From the NCBI GenBank assembly GCA_964187785.1, contig OZ076409.1, forward strand, positions 37,636,001 to 37,700,000: a DNA stretch of 64,000 bases, written 5' to 3'. Made by a program: the position numbers and the translations under genes. The number at the start of each line of letters is the position of its first letter. Position 1 is the first letter of the stretch. The notes under the pieces were generated by a model, which searched no databases, was not told the origin of the DNA, and saw nothing but the letters and a program-made list of their open reading frames with translations. The DNA is from Amphiscolops sp. MND2022 (lineage: Eukaryota). Shown piece by piece: positions 14,429-25,000 of this stretch.

Positions 14429-15661
14429 CTAACCTTTTCAGATAAATTAAGTTCCATACATCTTGGCTGCAACAGCACTAAAAGCTGGTAATTTGAATTC
14501 TGCTGTTTGAGATCTTTTTGTAAATTCCGTTGTATGAATAGTCGCCCGAAATTAGATGTGTATTACATTGTGTCTGTTTAATTTGACTCTCAAGGCGCAT
14601 TACGATCGATGTATTGACTCGCTAATGAAAACTAGCTATTCAGTACCTCGCGTTTTAGATGTGCGGTCTTCGTTCATTCCACTTTTATAAAAAATCAAAA
14701 CTATGAAAAAGTGTCCCGAGGAATTTCTTTCATTGAAATTTCAGAAATCGATTTTTCAAATACAAAAATAATCCATTCGTTTTGAGTTGTCAATTTCGCT
14801 GTTTATTTCAATTACCGAGGAAACCTTTTTCGGCTGTGTAGCAATATAGTCGAGTTTAGCGACTATAGTCATCGCTTCCGCTTAGCGACGAGCTAACGCT
14901 ATTAGCGGGCCAATTCTTTGATTCCGTTCAATCATACTTAATTCTTGATTCTAGCAAAAAACAATACGTGCCGTTTTCACGGGTCACATAGAAGTTGCGT
15001 CCTGCTACGCGAACTGTTAGGTAAATTTGAATAATGACGTTGAAAATAACGCATGTTATTTCAGTCAAGACAATATTGAGTTGCCGCTTTGTCTTCAACT
15101 ATTCGACTGAGTTCGGTTTCTCTGTTATTAGTTAGGAAAAATCTCTTCATAGCTCTATTTCTCACGATGAAAGGAATTTTGAAACCAACATGGAATTTTT
15201 GGGCAATAAATTTATCAAATCTTGAAACTTGAAAGTCTTGCTTGAGTTTTTGATTAGTTGAAAAACAAATCGATTGATTAACAATTTTTTGCTAATCTAG
15301 GGATAAGTTCATTTTTCTCTGATTCGACTGACTGTTCTTTGGGTTAAAACTTCTGTGCTTAACTGATTGCTTCATTCCCAATTCTTCGTTCGGAAGAATA
15401 TCCAGGTGTAGATTTTTTTGAGGTTAAAATTGGAGAAGTAAGTAGTAGGGCAAAAACAGTAGAAACAAATCCTTTGTCATATCTTTCATAAGTGCTCTAG
15501 ATTGAATTCATACGCGATCAAAAGACATCGATATAACAGAATAGAGAACCACCACGAACAAACATTTTTGTTTTGCTCAGTTTGAAAGCTCGTATGGATA
15601 AGTCAGGGACTAATCTGAGCTCTCCGTGGTTATTCAGTAGCAATGAGGAATGTAAAAAGTT

Positions 15662-16396
15662 TGTAGCGATTACCTATCGAGTGCACGATTTCGAAAATTT
15701 CGATGAAAATTTCGTTCAAGGGACTACATCTCCTCTACTAAAGAGTCATATTCCGCTAGATGGCAGCGTGTCTTTATTCAAGTACCTGCCCACAGAATTG
15801 AAGAGAATTTGAACAAAAGACTCGAGAGAGACCCCAACCGAACGAGAAGACTGCAGAAATACAGGCCGCTGTCAGAAAAAGACTCAAATTTCTGTCAAAA
15901 CGGACTGAACTTTGTTCTAACAAGTGCTTTCTTCAGCGAAGCGTTACAAGACGCTGTGATTACCAAAAATGAGTCAACTAGCTTGACCAAGCATCCGTGC
16001 TTGTGTCCCCGGCTAATTGCTGCCTCAAAAGTGCTAATTATGTAGTAATTTTCGTATTTTCTTGTTGTAACAGCTCGTGAGCTACTCATTTCGATCTCCT
16101 GTGTAACTTCGAAAAAACTTGATTTTTCCTTTCCACCACTTGCATTTTTTTTAAAGGCTATCTAAGTGTTGGTTTCGAAGAAAAAGCGTAATGCGCACTA
16201 CTGATAGCAATTACAGACTGGATCAGGCCGGCGAGCACTTCACAAGAAGCGGAATCCTCCTCTGACGGGACAGTTTTTACCCGAAAGAGGCAAAATGAGC
16301 TCATGGTCATGGGCGCCTGTCCCGGGCAAATACCCATATCATGTGTTCCTCTAACTCTTATGGTTACGGCGACAATGGTGAGAGCTTGTCGTCACA
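15662..16396 (+). repeat. 5' LTR
   Basis: TGTAGCGA...TCGTCACA with imperfect terminal IR; identical to 34161-34895 except two 1-nt indels (acagg vs acacgg; T8 vs T7). Confidence 0.97.
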
Positions 16397-16412
16397 TAGA
16401 GACATCATTTTT

Positions 16413-16429
16413 TGGCGACCACAGAGGGA
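16413..16429 (+). promoter_or_regulatory. Primer binding site, probably tRNA-Arg type
   Basis: TGGCGACCACAGAGGGA is complementary to a tRNA 3' end ...TCCCTCTGTGGTCG-CCA, resembling animal tRNA-Arg(UCG) 3' ends. Confidence 0.8.
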
Positions 16430-19018
16430 TCGCTTCGAAGTGCTTCCCTTAATGGTTTTAAAATAGCCGACCCTCTGGTGATTGACGCCAAGTACGACCC
16501 GACTCTGATGGAAAGAAGAGAGAAGCAGAGTTTTTCCCACGTTTTTACCCTGTGTGTGTCATTGAAGATTTCAACCCCGGTGGATAAAGGTAAATCTTGT
16601 AAAAAAGCGTTGTATGTTGTGATTTTCATGCTTTTTTAGTAGTTGACAGGTAACGATTGAAACAGCCTACCCTCTTAACGGGTCACTCATAAAATTGGTC
16701 TAGCAAGCCGCTGGGAGGCTGCTAGAAGTGTTAACAGGTGTTTTCTAGCCTTTTTCAGCTTTTTATGACCAATGAAGTGAGTGTTGAGAAGAGGATGATC
16801 CTTGCTCAGAGGAATCTTACAATCTGCCGAAACGAGTTATACGACTCACCAATCCCATTTCCCGTACAGACAACCTAGGGAAATGAAATTTGGTGGAGAC
16901 GTACTACAAATGCTGACGTGTCTAATGGTGCAACCTGTTTGTCTCTGGCTGTTCTGGGTGATGAGCAAAAAGAACGAGAAGACACGACTCGTCAGTCCGG
17001 GTTGTATGATATTTTTGAGTCAGGTTAAAAAAATTTTTTGAGTCGCTCAAAATTTTGTGTACGACCATTTGCCAATGTTTTTACGAGCCTTCTGTAACTA
17101 AGTGTGTGCTTTTGCACCTGTTTTGTGCGAAAAAAGTGCGTTTCTTCATGTATTTTCGACGAAAAGTGCCAAATTTGGCCATTTTGAGGCGAAACACCTA
17201 CATGAGCGCGAGCGCTCTTGGTGCTAGCCACACACCTGCAGAAATTAAATAAAAGTAGCTCAGGACTCTAATGAGTTCGCAAAAAACGCGACGAAGTACT
17301 CAAAGTTGCCCGAAAAGGCACTTAGTATAAGTTTTGTGAGGAAAAAACCCCGTTTTTGAAAGATTGAACATTTTAGCACTTTGAACTTGTGGGGGAATTT
17401 GTATGGAAGCTTTTAAACATCCCCGTATGGTTGCAATTAGGTTGGGGTACACCTGCCGGTACCCAACAATACTCATTTTGGTAATTATAACCACTACTTC
17501 TTGAAAAAAGTTACGAGAACTGTGATTTTAAGGTTTTTCTATAGTACTCTTAGAAGAAACCCAACTTGACTATTGACGAACACTTCTACGCTTAGAATAG
17601 CCCCCGGGCTATAATTTTCAGTTTATTCAGTAAATTTAACGATCTATAGTGAAGACCGCATCCCAAAATTCCTTTTCAGTGCTGAGAAAAGTAGAAGAAT
17701 GCACTGAAAAACCTCCATTTTCCTAAAATCCGGACTGTCTCTGAGCTAAGGTCGGGTCATTGATTCTTGGACCTTAGCCAAAAGGTGGTTGCACTTTCAT
17801 AACCACCACTAAAAATAATGCTAGTGCCAAAAATTTGGTGGACGTAACTTTCACCGAAATCGAGAAAAGTTCTCTAACGTTTCCACTTTAGAGGACTGTA
17901 AAACTACCGAAATAATCCAAAACTGAAGGACTGTCGGTGCCTCATACTTAACGGGCACATCTAATCGAGGGTTTATCCTAGTGTTACGAGTAGTGGGGCA
18001 ACACCTAGATCCCATTTTTTCAGCCCTACCGCTTTTTGAGGTGACCCTCTTAGCCAATTTGTGAAAAAAGTAGTCCAAAATTGTTTTTCTTTAGGAGTGT
18101 TGTCCAAGTAAGGTCGAAACCTCAAATAAGCGTCCGCGCTTTCTTTTGATGGTTTCACCGGCATTGTACACTCTCATCGGCTGTAACCACAAAGTTTCAT
18201 GTCAATCCAACCGGTACTTGATGAGAAAATAGAGAAAACGTACCACTCAAAAAGTTGGGCATAGAGGGTAATTTTTCAAATTTTTCCCGAGTGATCCGAA
18301 TACCTCAATTGAAAAACGAGGTTGAATTGCAGTTCATTTCTACCATTTATACCAGATATTACGTTGTTTTGCGAATTTTGAGCCCGCTAGCTTTTTTTCA
18401 GTAGAGCACAATCTTGAAATAAGCAAGAAAATTGATGTATTTTGATGACTAAGGGTACCGAACGTCCGGATCAGCCTGAATCTTGAAATAAAAACCTTAG
18501 CTTGGATTTGATTTTGCCATTGTGTAGTACACCTACCACAAGGTCAGGTGGCCAATTTTCAAGTGTTTCCGACGATTAGACGTTGCGTTCGAGGCATCTT
18601 AGTCATTTATAAAGAAATTTAAAAAACTCAAAAATTGTCTAAAAACCCAATTGTTTGCGAATCAGCCATTCCGTAAGCCCCAAACGCACGGTTTCCGGCC
18701 CCACACCACGGTATCAACGCGCTGTGTAAGTTTCACGCCGGTGCGACCCCTAGATCGATTTTTGACTTTTTCGAGACGTGCGAAGTCATGAAAACCAACA
18801 GTTTGCGTAACCTTTGGATTTCTATAACGAGAACATTAGGCCGCGCGAACACCCAGCGACGCTCTAATCATTCAAAAGGGGGGAGGAAGGACACCTCGCG
18901 ATGAACTGAAGCATCAAAGACACCAGACCCAACGGGGTGCGAGACAAACCTCAGTGCAATATCAGACCTGACCTCAGACCCCAGGGAGGAAGATTGGCCA
19001 ACTGACGACAGTTTCGTT

Positions 19019-22000
19019 ATGGAACCCGATTTTTCAGACCCAATGTCAGACGACGCATCGGAGGAATATCAGGCTAAGCCGATCGCCAAGACTACCGATG
19101 ATATCGGAGGTTCAGCAGACGAGACAGGAAGTCAGGCGCACACGTCCAAATGGTTACAAGAACTCACCAAAGTAGCCGTCACACCTTTCGGTACTGACGA
19201 AGCAGGAACATGGCCCAACTCCAACAGGACAAACGCTGAGGAAGAAGCTGAAATGAGTTGCTTGAATGCCACTGGACAACTCAAAGCTCCCAGCATGGCC
19301 AGCGAGAGCACTGCAAACACGGCAGAGATATTACAACAAATGTCTTATGTTGGGGGTATGAACTATGCCAGGACACGTCTTCAAGAAGCTACGGCCCCCC
19401 GAGCATCTGGGAAAGGTAAGCAAGTACGGCCTCCAGCTCTACTGGCACAGACTGGTACTACCGGACCTCATGGCGACTCGCGCTCATCCTCACCCTCATC
19501 AAAAGCTGCATCTGCCCGATCTTCAGCATATCGAGCCGTACATGAAGCAGCGAAAGCGCGCAAAGCTCTGTTAGATGCCCAGATAGGCGTGAAGCAAGCT
19601 GCTTCACAACTGTCTGAGCGTAAAGCAAGGTGCGACAGAGAGCATCAGTCAATAATGGAGGAGATAGAAGCCGTACAAACTGAACTGCGAACATCGACTG
19701 AGCGACAAGCGCAAGGACATGAAATTCAGGCAGCCCGAATGGATGCCATGGGTTATCGAATGGCCGAAATAAAGGACATGGTGACCGAAAGAGAGGTACG
19801 CATGGAAGCTCAACTGCAAGAGGTATGTTCACAGATACAAGCAATGGGCACTATGTTGAAGAATATCCAACCTCAACCCGCACCAGTAAGCAACACCATC
19901 AAAGAGTTGCTGCAAGACACTGATATAGCACTGCCAAAACCCATGAAAAGCGTCTCCCTCAAGCCAAAAGAGAGTGTGACAATTTCGACGAACCCATCTG
20001 GCTCTAAACAACACTTGGCCAGGTACGCGCCCTTGCCACAAACTCTGGTCTCAAATGGAGAAGCTGCGTCAACATCGACGAAATTTATCCCATCCGCGGT
20101 ATCAACAAAAAATATTCCACCCACGACCAAAACTCACAAGAAAGAACCAACATGCGAGATGATAACTATCGACACTTCAAGCATGGGTATCAGCGACCTG
20201 CGAGAGCCCACACGCACAAACGTGCTAACCGAAGTCACCAGCACCTTCCAAACAGCAAATGCAACTTTGGGAGAATCAGCTGCAGAATTCCAAACCGCGA
20301 ACGACGAATTACCCCCGGGTAACCCATGCGCCAGCAGCACTCGACGCCGAGAAGTGACTCTCCCCGAGAACACCGATGACTCTGTCAACTCAACGCGAGG
20401 CAGCAGTATCCCGCCACCAGCTATCAGTGAAGAAGCGCCTATATCACCGGAGCAACTCAGGTTTACCGAGGCAATATCCAAAGCCATGTCCAAGGAACTA
20501 GCGCCGCTGATTGCTAATCGAGATCAAACTAGGGTGCGCCCTACGGTATACAAAGGCACAAAAGATGGTTCTGTCGATGGATGGCTCCCAGTGATGAAGC
20601 GATTTCTAGAAAGGGTACATGCAAAATCCCCAAAGATCGACAGAGCCTGGGCTATCATCGACCACCTGGAAGGAGAGGCGAGAAATTATATTATCAATAA
20701 ATCTGAACCTGAACGAGACGAGCCCGACAAGGTATTCTCTCTCTTGGCCAGCAGATTTGGAACCGGTGGAAATCGCATGCACGTGAGGCAAACCTTCATG
20801 TCTCGTGTCCAACAGGAAAAAGAGGATTGGATGCAATTCTTGGACGCATTAGAGGGTTTGCGCACCCAAGGTTTCCCAGACGAGCCTATCACTACGCGTC
20901 GTTATGAGATCCTGCAACGTTTTATAGATGGCATTAATGACCCGACGCTGCGACAAGAGTTGGCCGTGGTGTACGCCGCAGAGGCATATCTGACCGAACC
21001 ACCAACTGTAGAATCCCTAAGGTTCACCACGAGACAATTGCAACGGCATCGCCCAAACACATCAAAACCTTACGACCCAAGGTATGCAATGAGATCGAGG
21101 CCTCACCCTTTCGTGCCAGGAAAATTGGTTCATCCAGCACCAGGCATACCGCAAAACGTACTACCTCCTAACCAAGGACAACGAGAGGCTAAACCCCAAA
21201 TGGCTCCACCAGGCCCTGCATCGGTAAAACAGGCTCCTGCACAACAGCAACCAGCGAGAGTGATTCCCCAAGGAGCATGCTTCAACTGTGGACTACCAGG
21301 TCACTTTGCAAGGGAATGCCCAAGTCGAGACCTAGCAAGGAAACCAGCGGCTCGCGCTGCACCCGAAGAACGAGTAAACTTATGCGAGAATAATGTGGCC
21401 TCTGCATGTTCTGGCCCCGTATTCTGTGTAAATTGTGGCATGACTGAACACTCTGCATCTCAATGCCAAAATGTTCCGGTACATGAGGATTTGGCCTACA
21501 GCCTCTGGGCTGAACAGCCACCTGCTTCTCAAACAATGAGTGACAGCGAAATGGTACTCATGCTTCGCCCTGCTGAAGCCGCTCACGTGACGACGCCCCT
21601 TACCGTCACATGTGGCAAAATCCAAATCCAGACGAACCCGGAGCCAACTACTTTTGATCCCTCGGGACGCACTATTATGTCTGTCCGATTGCTATTGGCG
21701 ATTGAGAGAGAAACCCGCCCAGAACTCACCATAGACACCCTGATAGACGAGATAACCGCAAACGAAAATTGCCGACAATTGACCTTGCCCCAACCGGAAG
21801 AATGGCAGGTAAAAGGCGTCACTTCGACGTATCATGCCTATTCTCCGATTCCAGTCAAAGTTTGCATAGATGGTGTTGACATGCGTTTTAGTGCCACTAT
21901 CATTACTGACGCGTTTCCTCCTGGAATCTGCTTGGGACCGCAGGAGCTGCGCTGCTATAACATTGATGCTCAAGAACCAACTGGTGAAGCGAGAATCGAT

Positions 22001-25000
22001 GAGCGTGCGTCGCTCGTAGTTTCATTCGTGGTTCCCGATGCTGCTCCCGTGCCATTACGTGGTCTGATAGACACTGGATCAGGAGTGTCCATCCTCACCT
22101 TCTCAGCCTACAATCGAGTCGCTGTGCGCACTGGGACACTCTTACGACCTTATGGTATTGACCTATATGCCGCGATTGGGAAAACGATCAAGACTTTTGG
22201 TCTAGCGGAGAAAATCAAGTTCCAACTGGGAGGCTACGAATTGGAAACTAACTTCGTGGTAGTCGATGATGCCATGGGAGTGGAAGACTTCCTCCTGGGC
22301 AGAAACTTCCTACGAGCTTATCAAGTCTTGGTGGATTTAACCGCGATGAAGGTCATTGTCCGAGCTCCGTCTGAACCAGTGTGGTACCATGCCCACACAC
22401 AAGTAAGTAACGAATCACTCAATTCGTCGGTAGCGATTGCACAGGACGTAGTGTTGCAACCTTTTGAACGCGCAATACTACGCGCTAAATTGCTTGTAGA
22501 CAACTTAGAACCTTTCATGTTTCGAACCGTGCTAATCAATTTTCAAACACCTAACCGAATGTTAAAAAACGCCATCTTTTTAGAGGACACCGTGGCGACC
22601 GTGGGGGAGACTGGCTTCCTTTACGTCAGTTTAGGAAATCTTACCAGCAACGTGCAGCGGATTAAAAAGGGCACCCTTTTAGGAACCGCGGTACCCGTAA
22701 CAATGGTTCATAAAGCCATCCCCCAAATTGTCCCCGGACAATCAAGTGAAACTCAGCAGTCAAATGCAAATTATGTTTATAAAGTTTACGAACAGATGAA
22801 CCTTGATTCTTCTTCTGAATATAGTTCTTCATCTGAATTTGAGTTTTTGTCCTCTACCGAACCGTCAGAACTAGGCTTGTCCGAGCGCGAAGTAAAAAAA
22901 CGAACCGATCCGGCGTTAATGGCTCCGATACCGGGCCCGGAAGCACAACTCGACGAGGTGCGCGGTTTGTGGGGATCGACCGCCAGCGACACGCCTAGTA
23001 AACTTTTGAACGAATTTGATGATTTGTTTATGAAATTCAAAGCCGACATTGGCAAGTGTAAAATCGCTAAGCACCCGGTGGAAGTAGAGCCAGGGGCTGT
23101 ACCCCACCGCGAAGGTGCAAGACGAATGTCGCCTGACAAGGCAGAACGTGCTAACCAAGAAGTTCGTGACTTGCTAGCTTTGGGAATGATACAACCTTCC
23201 TTATCCCCTTGGGCGAGTGGAATTGTTATGGTCAAAAAGAAGAGTGGTGAATTGCGATTCTGTTGTGACTTTCGACCACTTAATGAAGTGACCATCAAAG
23301 ACGCTTATCCCTTGCCACGTATCGATGAAAGTCTATCCAGATTGGGCAAAGCCAAAATCTATACTAGTATTGACTTGGCATGGGCATTCTGGCAAATTCC
23401 TGTCCGAAAAGCCGATCGTCAAAAGACTGCCTTCGCTTGTGAACTTGGGTTATTTGAGTGGCGGCGTATGCCTTTTGGTATGTGTAACGCATCAGCGACA
23501 TTTCAACGGGCAATAGCGCGAGCGCTACAAAGAATAGTGAACCGTGAAGGAAGTATGGTTATGGCCTACATCGATGACATTGTGATTGCTACCGAGACCA
23601 TCGAGGATCACATGGATAGACTACGCGAAGTATTCCAATGCCTGCGTGAGGCCGGGTTCAAAATGAGAGTCTCCAAGTGTGACTTCATGAAATCAGAGAT
23701 CAAATATTTGGGCCGGGTAGTATCCGCAGATGGTATCAAGCCAGATCCAAAAGCTGTCATCAAGCTGAAAGAATGGGATATCCCGCGAACCAAGACTGAA
23801 TTGCAAAGTTTCTTGGGTTTTGCCAACTACTATCGAGATTTTATCCCGTGGCATGCAAAACTAGTTGCCCCTTTACACGCGATAACGGGAGGAGCCTCTT
23901 CATTTTTATGGGGGGAGGAGCAGCAGCGAGCCTTCAACAGCATCAAAGTGGCACTAATGGAAGCCACCGCTCTGGCGCAACCCGACACTGAAGGCGAATT
24001 TGTTCTCGACACAGATGCTAGTGGTGTAGCTATATCGGGTATTCTGCACCAATGGCAAGGACCACCTGAGAGTCGCAAACTGCGACCGATTGTATTCGGA
24101 AGCAAAAAATTAACTGCTACGCAAGCAAAGTACGGAGCCCCAAAATTGGAAATGTATGCTGCATACTATTTCATCTTGAAAAACCACAGTTATCTCTGTC
24201 CACGAAAGTTCACACTGAGGGTAGATAATCAGGCCCTATCCTGGCTAAAAACATATTCGATGGATCAGGCGATTATCGGTCGATGGATTATGGCTCTTGA
24301 AAAATATCACTTCAGCATTGAGCATCGACCCAGAACGCAACATCGAAATGCTGACGGTCTTAGCAAACGAACAAATGATTACAAAAAACACGAAAAGCAA
24401 CTAAAGGGTTTACCCGCAATTGCAGACAAATGGGATTTCCTATCACAGGAAGAATATAACAAACTCCCGCTAGCCCCATGGTTCGATATCCACGGACGTG
24501 TGATACCAAATCACCCAGAATTGCCTGCACACTTGCAGAGGTTGGGTAGCCAAAGTTCACCCGAGACCACAGTTGCCGTTCCCACGCGAAGGAGCGGACG
24601 AAGCAAACGAAATGCGACCATACGCGACGAAGCCATGAGAGCGCCCCTACCTACATTGCCAAAACCAGAATTGACGCTGCCTGCCGAACTTTATCCAGAA
24701 TATCCTGAGGATTGGTTGGAACTGACCGAGGATTATCAACGAGACTATTTACTCCCCACGCATGCTGCTAACGTACCATCAAGAACCACTTACCCATTGA
24801 CGGAAAAGCAAGCAACTAGCACTGCACCAGAGCACGTAAAACAAGCCGCGTTCGTGGTAAACAGCATATCAATGGAACTGCATGAACATGCTAACACAGT
24901 CCATGGGTTGAAGGATCTACTACTAGCACAAAACCGTGACGTCCATATATTGGCTATCAAGAAATTGGTAATGCAAGAATCAATAGATAATGACGTCTTT

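Noticed and set aside
15573..16089. Short ORFs in the LTRs (also 34395-34589)
   Set aside because: Short, one is disrupted by an indel between LTR copies, and no recognisable domain.
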